This document shows positions 27,669 through 36,467 of a stretch of 55,243 bases of DNA, in pieces; the first letter of the stretch is position 1; the number at the start of each line of letters is the position of its first letter. Under the pieces are notes generated by a model. That model made no database searches. It worked only from the letters and a program-made list of their open reading frames with translations, and was not told where the DNA came from. A program made the translations under genes and the position numbers. This stretch comes from a virus (Duplodnaviria; Caudoviricetes). The stretch spans positions 1 through 55,243 of IMG/VR virus record IMGVR_UViG_3300032516_000034; one strand, 5' to 3'.

Positions 27669-28676
27669 ACTGAGCACTACCTTGGCAGAGTTTATATCCC
27701 TGTCATGGACTGCGCCACACGCAGAACATACCCAGTGTCTTACCGCAAGCCCGTGAAGGCCCGTCGGGCCAGTTAAGGCCCAACAGCATCCACAGGTCAT
27801 GGTGGTATTTCGTGAACAAACTGGTTCAAGCTTCCTACCGCCTGTACGGCATTTGTAGTTTAGCTTCCGTAGTAAATCAGCCAATGCTGCCTCAGTGATG
27901 GATTTGCCGAATAACTTGGCCATTGCCTTGAAGTTGTCATCACTGAAGTAGATGGTTTTGTAGTTTTCAACAAGCCAGCGGGAAATCTTGTGATTGCGGT
28001 CACTGCGTCTATTGTGCTGTTTTTCAAGCAATCGTGCGGTGAGCTTTTTATCGTGCGCTCGCTGGGCTTGCGCAAGGCGCGTTGCGCCCTTCCGCAGCTC
28101 ACGGGGATTTTCTATTTTTGTGCCGTCAGAAAGAGTCAAGAGCGTGGAAAAACCGGGGTCGATACCAATAGCGGCTTCGGTTTGCTTTACTGGAAACTTA
28201 TGCTCAGTGTCCAGCCAAAGGCAGAGATACCAGCCAGAAGCCCGCCTTACAATACGAGCACATTTGATTTTGGCTTCGGGGATGGCTTGTTTGTGAAAAC
28301 GAAGTGTGCCGAGGCAGGGGATGGAAATACGATTGTCCTTCGGTGGTTTCATTGGATCGGGGAACGGTATTGAGTTCAGCTTGTTACGCTTGCCTTTCAA
28401 GCGTGGCTTCTTGGCCTGCTTTCTGAAGCATCGTTGCCATGCAAGGTATGCCTGTGTCAGTGTGCCTTGCAGCGTGTGACTCGGTATTTCCATGCGATTA
28501 CTGTGTTCGGCAAGAAGATTTTGGAAATCCTTCTGTGAGAAGTAGATTTTGTTGGCAGCGTTGCGCTCGATCTTTTTGATGGCCCAATTGTAAACACCTG
28601 TCAAGTTCCATAACCACTGATTCAGCTTGGCTTCCTGCGCCTTGGCAAGCTTCAGTTTTAAGGTGCGAACGATCAT
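27621..28676 (-). CDS. tnpB: TnpB with atypical RuvC-II (Glu replaced by Ser)
   Basis: RuvC-I GIDPG; IYFSDDN in place of IxxEDLN; zinc finger CGCC...CSAC; RuvC-III HDRDINSA. Confidence 0.93.
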   Translation of the reverse strand: MIVRTLKLKLAKAQEAKLNQWLWNLTGVYNWAIKKIERNAANKIYFSQKDFQNLLAEHSNRMEIPSHTLQGTLTQAYLAWQRCFRKQAKKPRLKGKRNKLNSIPFPDPMKPPKDNRISIPCLGTLRFHKQAIPEAKIKCARIVRRASGWYLCLWLDTEHKFPVKQTEAAIGIDPGFSTLLTLSDGTKIENPRELRKGATRLAQAQRAHDKKLTARLLEKQHNRRSDRNHKISRWLVENYKTIYFSDDNFKAMAKLFGKSITEAALADLLRKLNYKCRTGGRKLEPVCSRNTTMTCGCCWALTGPTGLHGLAVRHWVCSACGAVHDRDINSAKVVLSVWLGTSHEREIRHVA

Positions 28677-28801
28677 TTTACTTTCCGTGGCCTATCCCAG
28701 TAGGGGCTTTTACATTTGGGACAAATCCTGATTTCACTCTGGCGTGGAATCCAGTGATGTCCACACCGCTCGCAACCGACTTTCTTGATTTCAATTTTCA
28801 T
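28673..28801 (-). CDS. 42-aa zinc-ribbon protein coupled to tnpB
   Basis: MKIEIKKVGCERCGHHWIPRQSEIRICPKCKSPYWDRPRKVK; ATGA overlap with tnpB. Below the ORF-track length cutoff. Confidence 0.8.
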   Translation of the reverse strand: MKIEIKKVGCERCGHHWIPRQSEIRICPKCKSPYWDRPRKVK

Positions 28802-28837
28802 ACCTATAAACATACCTCATCGGTATAGGTGTGTCAA
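28802..28837 (-). promoter_or_regulatory. Sigma70-like promoter of the tnpB element with an overlapping inverted repeat
   Basis: TTGACA-17nt-TATGTT, 7 nt before the ATG (leaderless-like). ACCTATA-N15-TATAGGT brackets the -10. Confidence 0.65.
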
Positions 28838-28895
28838 CAACTGATTTCGCCTAACTGCCGGGGTTAAAACCCCGCAAATTGCGGCTCAGGGCTGT

Positions 28896-29249
28896 TCATA
28901 GCTCCATCTCCTGCTGCCGCTGCTCGCACTTGTGCGCCGCCTTGCAGTCTGGATAGTTGCTGCATCCCAGAAACTCGCTGCCTGTTGCCTTGTTCTTTCT
29001 CCTCACTAATCTGCCATAGCAACCCGGCACCCTGCAAGTCTCGCCCTCCTTGGGCGGGGCCTCTGGCAAACGAGGTTCTTCTTCCGAGCCATCGCCTTCG
29101 GGGATCGGATTACCTGCCCGCAGGAATGCCAGAATTATGCGGGCGCACGTTCCATCGGCGAACGAGCCATCCTTGTATTCGATCTCATTGTGCCTGCGAG
29201 AAGTCGAGAACCCACAGTCCCTGAGAAACTTCTTGTCATCGTCGTTCAC
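28896..29249 (-). CDS. Protein with a C-terminal topoisomerase C4 zinc finger
   Basis: CRVPGCYGRLVRRKNKATGSEFLGCSNYPDC. Its TGA stop forms part of the TGAA target site. Confidence 0.75.
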   Translation of the reverse strand: MNDDDKKFLRDCGFSTSRRHNEIEYKDGSFADGTCARIILAFLRAGNPIPEGDGSEEEPRLPEAPPKEGETCRVPGCYGRLVRRKNKATGSEFLGCSNYPDCKAAHKCEQRQQEMEL

Positions 29250-29680
29250 CGCCTCTCCTCCACGGGGTCTAAGTCACAGATATGATTTGCCTTGCCGTCC
29301 GCAAATCCCGCGCTCGTCTTGAAAGCATGCGGGTGCATTATCCAGTAGTCCTCCGCCTCAACGAAAATATACTGCCCCACAAACGGAACCAGATTGTCAT
29401 GCCTGAACTTGTCGCTGGCGAAGCGCACCACACCATTCTTGCGGACAATCCGCCTGCCCATGCTCACCACGCCGTCGGGAGCCCGCCTATCAGCCCACTC
29501 CGCACGGAATGCAGAACAGCCCCTGAGCCCTATCTCGTTCACAAGAACCCCGATGTTTGTCCTGTCAAGCAGCTTTGCCTTCGCACGATCACTGCTCCAA
29601 GAAAGAGTCCAGTGGTCGGTCTCCCATTTGTAGTCCTCCAGCCACTTTCTCGCACTCGTGTTCTTGATGTGATATTTCAC
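29246..29680 (-). CDS. Hypothetical protein
   Basis: 144 aa; GTGA overlap with the next gene. Confidence 0.65.
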   Translation of the reverse strand: MKYHIKNTSARKWLEDYKWETDHWTLSWSSDRAKAKLLDRTNIGVLVNEIGLRGCSAFRAEWADRRAPDGVVSMGRRIVRKNGVVRFASDKFRHDNLVPFVGQYIFVEAEDYWIMHPHAFKTSAGFADGKANHICDLDPVEERR

Positions 29681-29707
29681 CTTTATGCCGCTTTCTCCTT
29701 CGTGCCC

Positions 29708-30151
29708 TCAACCCATATCAATGCCAAGTATTTCCGCGAGTGAATTCAGATCAATCCTACTGTGGCCTGCGATTTCCTTATAGACTGCCTGCTCTATGTC
29801 TTCGATCAAATTTTTCACCTGACTGGTACTGCGACTGTCGGCCCGCGTGTTGGACAACACCCACCTGACATACTCTTTCCGCCTGTTTTCCAGCCATTCA
29901 AAAATCTTCTGTTCGTCTACGCCAGTTGCGATACCGTTGTTGATTCCATCAGCAATTGATTTCCACTCTCTCTGGGCGGTTTCGACAAAAATGAAATTCG
30001 CGAAGTTCCACTCGGCCCAGTATTTGAAACTCTTTCCTTTTTCCTCGGAAATATCTCTCTTCTTCTTGGCCTCGGAATAAGAATCCTCGTAAATCTTGAG
30101 ACACTTGTTCACCCGCTCCTGCACTTCTTTCAGTCTTTCGCTGTATTTCAC
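29708..30151 (-). CDS. Hypothetical protein
   Basis: Probable GTG start (VKYSERL) after AGGAG. Confidence 0.65.
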   Translation of the reverse strand: MKYSERLKEVQERVNKCLKIYEDSYSEAKKKRDISEEKGKSFKYWAEWNFANFIFVETAQREWKSIADGINNGIATGVDEQKIFEWLENRRKEYVRWVLSNTRADSRSTSQVKNLIEDIEQAVYKEIAGHSRIDLNSLAEILGIDMG

Positions 30152-30173
30152 AACACTTCTCCTATGTATCTCA

Positions 30174-30482
30174 TTATACGCAAACCGTTCCGTTGTACGA
30201 CAAACGCTTGAATACCACACTGCAACCATCCTTGCGGGGTTTGAACGCAGGCGAACGCGGTGTGTCAGCATCGGCACAGTTGACATACTGCCCGTTTTCG
30301 CCGCAGTTCGGTCGCCAGTCGCAATGGGCACAGAAATTGGCTACTTGGGATATGTTGATGTCGGCCTTGGAAACGGCACGGTATCCCGTCGGAGCCTCAG
30401 TTGGATCGACCTTCCGCTCTTTCGGCGGAATGTATGACAGAGAAGCCCTGCCACCTTCTTTCTTTTCCTGTGTCATTTTCAT
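30174..30482 (-). CDS. Hypothetical Cys-containing protein
   Basis: Start MKMTQE downstream of motif E; contains CAHC and RKDGCSVVFK. Confidence 0.6.
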   Translation of the reverse strand: MKMTQEKKEGGRASLSYIPPKERKVDPTEAPTGYRAVSKADINISQVANFCAHCDWRPNCGENGQYVNCADADTPRSPAFKPRKDGCSVVFKRLSYNGTVCV

Positions 30483-30503
30483 CGTTCCCTTCGTTACAAC
30501 ACT

Positions 30504-30530
30504 ACATTGCAACAGGAGCGTAAAAATCCA
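30504..30530 (-). promoter_or_regulatory. Motif E, TGGATT-N13-TGCAATGT, copy 1
   Basis: Bipartite motif with an invariant 13-nt spacer; 7 copies. Confidence 0.8.
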
Positions 30531-30611
30531 AAGAAAAAGGAAGTTTTTCGGATAGCCAACAGGCAGAGCACTTTCCTGTCAGCCTTTGTCTGGGCGGATT
30601 TCTGCCTTACT

Positions 30612-31571
30612 CTACCAGCCGCACCACGCGCCTTGGCACTCGGGCATTGCCAGTGCGGCCTGCCCCTGTGCTTTGGCTGCTGCACCCTCGGAATTCCAAT
30701 TGTATTCACCTGCGATAACGGCCTTTGCGCCCGCATCGAGGTATGTCTTGAGAACCTTGACCACTTCGTCGGGCGTGTGCGCGTCCCCGTCCTTGGGGTG
30801 CCACGGCATCTGCACACTGATGGCATCAACTTCGCACTTGGCAAACCTTGTCTCCGTGGCATGCACGCAAATCTTGACGGTCGGCATGTGTTTGCGAATG
30901 AATCCAGCTATCCGATTGACTTCAGCAGGTTCGACAAACTTCTCCGCTTCCAGATGGGTACAAATCCACGTCACGTTGCCATGATCGACGAAGAAGAGTT
31001 TCATGTCCTTGATGAACTGCTCGGCCCACGATGGGCTCGTGAATGGCCCGCCGCGATTCTCTGAACAGAACAGGATCGGAATCTGGCTGATGCCACGGGA
31101 ACTGCACATTGCGCCAAACATCTTTCTGTCATTGTCTGAGTAGTACATCCACGCGAGAAATTCTTTTTTTGCACCGGGAATCTCTCCACCCCAGCCGCTC
31201 CCCCACGGATTGATGTAACTATTGACGCTGTTGCCATCATCGTTGCACACGATCATCGGCAGACAGTTTGCCCCAACACTTTTCAGGTAGTCAGCAACAT
31301 AGAGCCGCTGTTTGTCCATTGCAGTACGGTCGGCATCATTAGCCATGCACAGTGTTGAGGTGCGTCCTGCGTTGTTCGTGTACTTGCTGCCTTCCTGCCC
31401 CTTCATGAGAAAATCAGTGAGAAGCTTGCCGCTCGGCGACGGGCCGGGGGGTGTTGGGCCGGGAGGTGTTGGGCCGGGAGGTGTTGGCTCGACTTTGCAT
31501 TCAAACCAACCGGGAACCGCCTTCGCCAGCCACTTATAGAGATTCTTGCTGCAATCTACCTTGATTTTCAT
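30612..31571 (-). CDS. Hypothetical protein with PTPPG linker repeats; possible glycoside-hydrolase-like barrel
   Basis: PTPPG three times. HLEAE and AGEY could be GH-A-type glutamates (weak). Confidence 0.6.
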   Translation of the reverse strand: MKIKVDCSKNLYKWLAKAVPGWFECKVEPTPPGPTPPGPTPPGPSPSGKLLTDFLMKGQEGSKYTNNAGRTSTLCMANDADRTAMDKQRLYVADYLKSVGANCLPMIVCNDDGNSVNSYINPWGSGWGGEIPGAKKEFLAWMYYSDNDRKMFGAMCSSRGISQIPILFCSENRGGPFTSPSWAEQFIKDMKLFFVDHGNVTWICTHLEAEKFVEPAEVNRIAGFIRKHMPTVKICVHATETRFAKCEVDAISVQMPWHPKDGDAHTPDEVVKVLKTYLDAGAKAVIAGEYNWNSEGAAAKAQGQAALAMPECQGAWCGW

Positions 31572-31642
31572 GCCGCATTCCTTTCTGGTTAGAACTCAAT
31601 GCACGGAATCCTATCCTATCTGGAACGCATGCGCCACAAAAA

Positions 31643-32209
31643 TCACGCCCTGCGGTAGAAGATGTGCCTGCCGATGACAGCGACCCTAACCATACCCTTT
31701 GCCCACAAGGGCTTGATTGTGGACTTGTGGTAATGACTCGAATTGACGGTCGGCTTGAACTGGCCGCTGATGAGTTCCTTGGCGAGCCCCATACATTCGT
31801 CGAATACCTGCCGCTCCTTCGGCGCGAGCCTGTCTTCCTGAAGATAAAGCAGCTTTTCACCGTCCTTGCCGTTCCAGCAAGAGAACTGGCGGCTCTTCCA
31901 GCACTCGTCCGCCATGCTGTAAGGCTTACCATCGGCTCGGCTCCAGATAACCGACGCCACAGCCCGCCTCCCCGCCTGCGACTCGCCACGGGCCTCGGCA
32001 AACAGCGTCAGGGCGATTATACGGGCATCGTCATTGAGCTGGGCCTGCAACTCGGCATCACTGAAATCTTCGGACGCTGCGAGAAATGGATCGGGCTGCT
32101 CTGGCTTCTCGCGGAGCTGGTGGCAGCAAATAGCTGTTGCGGCCATTGCCGAACAGATCGCGAGCAGCAACATTGAATATGATAGTTTTCTTCCCATGAT
32201 GCAGAACAT
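31643..32209 (-). CDS. SleB-like cell wall hydrolase (Hydrolase_2) with N-terminal hydrophobic segment
   Basis: TLFAEARGES..GRRAVASVI..R, QFSCWN and IGRHIFY. Confidence 0.9.
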   Translation of the reverse strand: MFCIMGRKLSYSMLLLAICSAMAATAICCHQLREKPEQPDPFLAASEDFSDAELQAQLNDDARIIALTLFAEARGESQAGRRAVASVIWSRADGKPYSMADECWKSRQFSCWNGKDGEKLLYLQEDRLAPKERQVFDECMGLAKELISGQFKPTVNSSHYHKSTIKPLWAKGMVRVAVIGRHIFYRRA

Positions 32210-32223
32210 CTCCTTCCAGCACT

Positions 32224-32250
32224 ACATTGCACTGGAAGAAGAGGAATCCA
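32224..32250 (-). promoter_or_regulatory. Motif E copy 2
   Basis: TGGATT-N13-TGCAATGT. Confidence 0.75.
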
Positions 32251-32256
32251 AGAAAA

Positions 32257-32997
32257 TTACACTATTTTAAGTTCCCCCAACGATGTGAGACAGCCGTCTG
32301 GAGTCTTCTGGAGGCAGGACTCTATCTTATCCCCACGCTGAAAAACCGAATAACTCTGCGATGTATACATACAAAGAAAAGCATCTACCACATCGTTCTC
32401 GTCAATATAGTATCTGACGATAGTAGAAGCATGAGCCGCAAACCACAAATCGTGACCAATTGTCGGCGATTCGCACCCCGAGATGTCGTAGCCGCCAGCA
32501 CTTGATTGAATATCTGTTACTCTTTTCTTGATTAGCTGTCCCGACAACCATGTCCCAAATGCAAGGAAAATACGCTTCTTCAATGCGCGAGCAATACCTA
32601 TCTCGACAAGTGTTCCAAATGCGTCATAGTTTTCAATATAAGCAAAAAACAGAGTAGACTTTCTGATTTGTCTTTCCGAGTTATTCAAAACATATTGTCT
32701 CTCTGTTTTATCAAGGTCTGTCGATGTTACCGACCCACATCCAGATGCTACGCCATGTGTGCTCGGGCCATGTGAACACCCATGATCGCAGTCAAAGAAG
32801 AACGGCCCAGTATAATCAAAAAATACGGAAGAATGTAACGTGTCAACTACGAACGCATCTCGCAAAATATCTTCCGTCATTTCTTTTCTGGAAGACCTTT
32901 CATTTTGACCGCAAAGCCCGGCGTTATCCCCAACAAAATGTCGTCTCCAATCATTCTTGTCAATCTTCCCCGCCAAGTAAACTATCTCTTTCCTCAT
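32257..32997 (-). CDS. Nucleoside 2-deoxyribosyltransferase-like protein
   Basis: VYLAG, YTGPF and FGTLVEIGIARAL. Confidence 0.7.
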   Translation of the reverse strand: MRKEIVYLAGKIDKNDWRRHFVGDNAGLCGQNERSSRKEMTEDILRDAFVVDTLHSSVFFDYTGPFFFDCDHGCSHGPSTHGVASGCGSVTSTDLDKTERQYVLNNSERQIRKSTLFFAYIENYDAFGTLVEIGIARALKKRIFLAFGTWLSGQLIKKRVTDIQSSAGGYDISGCESPTIGHDLWFAAHASTIVRYYIDENDVVDAFLCMYTSQSYSVFQRGDKIESCLQKTPDGCLTSLGELKIV

Positions 32998-34553
32998 CGT
33001 GTTTCACCGTTGGTACAGTTATCACATGCTCCACACTTCCCCGAAAAAGAAGTGTCGCCGAAGTAATCACAAATAGAAGCGACACGGCAGTCGCCACTCT
33101 GATAAAATGAGACAACGGCATCCACCTTGTCTATTTTCTCCTGTCTTATTTTATCCAACCCCGAACAGTCAAGGTTGCTGCCTCCCGTCAGCGAGACCCG
33201 ATACTTACCCCTTTCTAATTTTCTAACAAGACCTTTCTTCTTGAGAAAAGAGATACATCCTCCCACGTTGACGCAATCCGCCGCCATCCCCATGTCTTTT
33301 TGTATCATGTTTACAGTGGCGGTTTCATCATTCGGTTTGGCATTTCTAAGGGCCACTGAGCGGAGCCATGCCCAAAAATCCTGAACATCTTGCCCTCTTG
33401 GACTAACAACATCAATTAATATCATCTGTGTGCCGTAGTCTTGTCTGTAATCCCACAAAGTCAAGCACAGTGATTCGTTCCCGTCCCGCCCTGCGCGACC
33501 TATCTCCTGATACCAGTCTTCAATACTGCTTGATAATCCTGAATGGATAACGAATCGCACATCGGGCCTATCAATCCCCATTCCAAAAGCACTGGTTGCT
33601 ACAATAATACCGCCATTGTCCATCCATTTATTCTGAACGGTCTTCCTGTCTCCCGGTTTCATCCCCGCGTGATAAAATGTCGAATCAATTCCTCTTTCCT
33701 GAAGGTAGGTGCATATACTCACGGCCATATTGCGAGTAGGTGAGTATATGATTCCGGTGTTATGTCCCGCCTTCTGAAAATCCTCCACAATTTCTCTCAT
33801 TGCTTCAGTTCTTGATATTCCAAAGCCAGACATCACGGCAAGTCGAAGATTGGGACGGTATACCCCTTTGACGAATCTCTTCGCCCCTGCGATACCCAAG
33901 CTGGCGCAAATATCATCCTGTACTCTTTTTGTAGCAGTCGCGGTAAGAGCGACAACGCGCTCTGGCTTCATATTGAGAATAGCTTTTGCAAGCCTCGAAT
34001 AAGATGGCCTAAAGTCGTGACCCCATCTGCTAATACAGTGCGCCTCATCTACAGCCAAAAGACTCACTCTGACGCCATAAATGCTTGTGTTGAACTCCCC
34101 ATTATCAAATCTCTCTGGAGCAACATAGAGAACTTTTACGGCTCCGCTGATTATTTGTAACATTGCCTCTCTTTCTTCTTTTGCCGTAAGAGAAGAATTG
34201 ATGAGAAGAGCCTTGACTCCAATATGCTGAAGTTTATCCACCTGATCTTTCATCAAAGCAATAAGAGGGCTGACAACAACTGCCATCCCATCAACAACGA
34301 GTGCGGGTACTTGGTATAAAAGGCTTTTGCCATACCCTGTCGGAAAAACAACAAGAACTCCATCTCGACCATTGATGACTTCGTTGATTATTTCTTCTTG
34401 ATCGGGCCTAAAACCTGTATGACCGAATACGGATAACGCCTCCGCTGTTGTCAATTTCGGCTCGGTTGATCGCGGGAGCACAGTAGAAGAGCCTAAAGAT
34501 GCCCTCTCCTTCATTCTCCTAATTTTATCAATCATGTTTGTCATGGTTGCCAT
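32994..34553 (-). CDS. recQ: RecQ family ATP-dependent DNA helicase
   Basis: PTGYGKS, VDEAHCISRWGHDFRP, ALTATA, FGMGID, QEIGRAGRDG and the C-terminal CR...CGACDNC. Confidence 0.95.
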   Translation of the reverse strand: MATMTNMIDKIRRMKERASLGSSTVLPRSTEPKLTTAEALSVFGHTGFRPDQEEIINEVINGRDGVLVVFPTGYGKSLLYQVPALVVDGMAVVVSPLIALMKDQVDKLQHIGVKALLINSSLTAKEEREAMLQIISGAVKVLYVAPERFDNGEFNTSIYGVRVSLLAVDEAHCISRWGHDFRPSYSRLAKAILNMKPERVVALTATATKRVQDDICASLGIAGAKRFVKGVYRPNLRLAVMSGFGISRTEAMREIVEDFQKAGHNTGIIYSPTRNMAVSICTYLQERGIDSTFYHAGMKPGDRKTVQNKWMDNGGIIVATSAFGMGIDRPDVRFVIHSGLSSSIEDWYQEIGRAGRDGNESLCLTLWDYRQDYGTQMILIDVVSPRGQDVQDFWAWLRSVALRNAKPNDETATVNMIQKDMGMAADCVNVGGCISFLKKKGLVRKLERGKYRVSLTGGSNLDCSGLDKIRQEKIDKVDAVVSFYQSGDCRVASICDYFGDTSFSGKCGACDNCTNGETR

Positions 34554-34561
34554 CTGAGCCC

Positions 34562-35857
34562 CTACACGATTTCCATGATGAGCTTCTTCAGCCGCTCGTT
34601 GTACATAATCCACTGCTGCACGCGCCCTGCGTTATTCGCATCCCGCACGCGGGCTATGCGCATACAGAGATTGTGCCGCATGTCCTCGGGAATTTCGTCG
34701 ATGCACAGGAAGTCCTGAAAGTTCTTGATTGTCTTCTTGTCGGGCACGATGTCAGGCTGCACAATGTGCGCAAAGAGTCTGTCGCAGATGACGCCCAGCA
34801 CATCCACGCGCTTCTCGACGCCACCCATTAGCTTCTTGATGTGCTTCAGCATGCCTTCCTTGTCTCGGCCTTCAAGTATCTGCTCGGGCTCGATAATCAT
34901 TTCGACATCGCGCTCCATGAACACCATGAGCGTTGAAACCGTCTGATCGTCCAGTAGGGAACTGGCCATCATCTTGAATCGAATCTGGTTTTCCTTGGTG
35001 GACAAATCGGGTATGCGCTTCACGCACCTTCCCACTTCCGAAAGAGTGCGTGGATTCGTGCGCTCGGGGCCGATCATCATCTCGGGATATCTCAGCACAA
35101 AGCTGATGAGCCGCGAATCCAGCTTTTGTGATGCAGCCCACACACTCCACTCCTTCGCATCCGTCCTGAGTGTGATACTGCGTATGCGCGTGAGAATAGC
35201 AGAGTCGATGGATGTAACGAGATAGTCCTGCTCGTCGGGGTTGCCAGTGAGCACAATATTGCAGCCCTCGGGCAGCTTCCAGCTCACCATGCCGTAGTTC
35301 TGCAAAAGCTGCATGATACCCTTGATGATTCGGACGGACGCTCTATTCCAGTCGTCCAGCAGCAGGATCGACGGGCCGGGTTCGGTGGGAACCCAGTCAG
35401 GCGGCGCATACATCGTGCGGATGCCAGCCCTGTGCTCCATCTGCCAGCCGTCGGAGATATAGCCCTGAACTACCTCCTCTGGAATCCAGCGTTCCACTGG
35501 GCCTTTGCCGTTCTGCTTGCTCATCAGGATATGCCGAGCGGGCATGCCGTGCAGGTCTCCCATTTCCTCAAACTGGGCAATCGGCACATCGTAGACCTTG
35601 TAGCCGTCATATTGCTTGCCGCGCCATGTCACGGGATGCTTGCAGTGCTGCTTTACGATTGATGTCTTACCCGCTCCCGCGTGCGACCAGATGCAGGTTG
35701 CGAACCGCTCGTCGCTGCCGCTCGCCTCAACATCGGCATTGGCGTCAAATGCGTCTTGCAGGAAGTCGATGAGCTGCGAATACAGCACCTTCTCCCCGTA
35801 GCACCCTTGGAAGGAAAATTCCTTCTCGTTTACAGCAGTGTCTTCTTTCTTGGCCAT
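34562..35857 (-). CDS. MoxR-like AAA+ ATPase (type usually partnered with DUF2201-VWA)
   Basis: SHAGAGKTS, LLLDDWNRA, VLTGNP, DSAILTR and NPRT. Confidence 0.85.
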   Translation of the reverse strand: MAKKEDTAVNEKEFSFQGCYGEKVLYSQLIDFLQDAFDANADVEASGSDERFATCIWSHAGAGKTSIVKQHCKHPVTWRGKQYDGYKVYDVPIAQFEEMGDLHGMPARHILMSKQNGKGPVERWIPEEVVQGYISDGWQMEHRAGIRTMYAPPDWVPTEPGPSILLLDDWNRASVRIIKGIMQLLQNYGMVSWKLPEGCNIVLTGNPDEQDYLVTSIDSAILTRIRSITLRTDAKEWSVWAASQKLDSRLISFVLRYPEMMIGPERTNPRTLSEVGRCVKRIPDLSTKENQIRFKMMASSLLDDQTVSTLMVFMERDVEMIIEPEQILEGRDKEGMLKHIKKLMGGVEKRVDVLGVICDRLFAHIVQPDIVPDKKTIKNFQDFLCIDEIPEDMRHNLCMRIARVRDANNAGRVQQWIMYNERLKKLIMEIV

Positions 35858-35860
35858 AGG

Positions 35861-36397
35861 TTACTTGTCCTTCTCATACTTAACCCTGAATGTGACATTC
35901 TTCGATGTGCATTCCCTGAGTGCCGCACGGGCCTGAAGGACATTCGGAGACACACCAATGTTATCCGACATATCCCGATACGCTTCGGGATTCACGGAAT
36001 AAGTTTCACTCACCAGCGCGGAAATTCCAGCCTTCTTCAATATTTCCGCAGCCTTGTCAATCTCGGCCAGCGGCACGGCAAGGCTGCGATCACACTTCAC
36101 AACATCGGCCAGCAAGCCAGCCGAAATCGCAATTTGCGCACCAGCATAGCTCGGCGACGATGCCCTTATTTCGTAGCTTTCCATAGCGGTGACAACAGCG
36201 ATTGACTTATTGCCCGCCAGACGAACGCTGATTTCACCTTCGTCCATCTCGTCTTCCACATAGCTGGCTATCTTCGCCTTGAACTTCTTGTCTTTTTCGG
36301 TGAGGGCGTCGATTTCCGATTTAATCTTCGCACCTTCATCCACAATCTCGGCTATATCAGCCTTTGCCGTGATGATTCTCAATTGCTTCGTTGTCAT
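35861..36397 (-). CDS. Hypothetical protein
   Basis: Probable start MTTKQL; the upstream extension in the track overlaps tnpB. Confidence 0.7.
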   Translation of the reverse strand: MTTKQLRIITAKADIAEIVDEGAKIKSEIDALTEKDKKFKAKIASYVEDEMDEGEISVRLAGNKSIAVVTAMESYEIRASSPSYAGAQIAISAGLLADVVKCDRSLAVPLAEIDKAAEILKKAGISALVSETYSVNPEAYRDMSDNIGVSPNVLQARAALRECTSKNVTFRVKYEKDK

Positions 36398-36467
36398 AGT
36401 TTGTTTACCTTTCCGCATTTGTTCGCAAAAGCTGGTTTCCGACTTGGTCTTCGCTGCTACCTTTCCA

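Larger units (their letters stand above)
27567..28894 (-). mobile_element. IS200/IS605-family (IS1341-like, tnpB-only) element, 1328 bp
   Basis: TGAA|left end with CAAT plus a hairpin; right end GAAT-hairpin-TCAA|. Ends are shared with 2357-2798. No tnpA. Confidence 0.92.
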
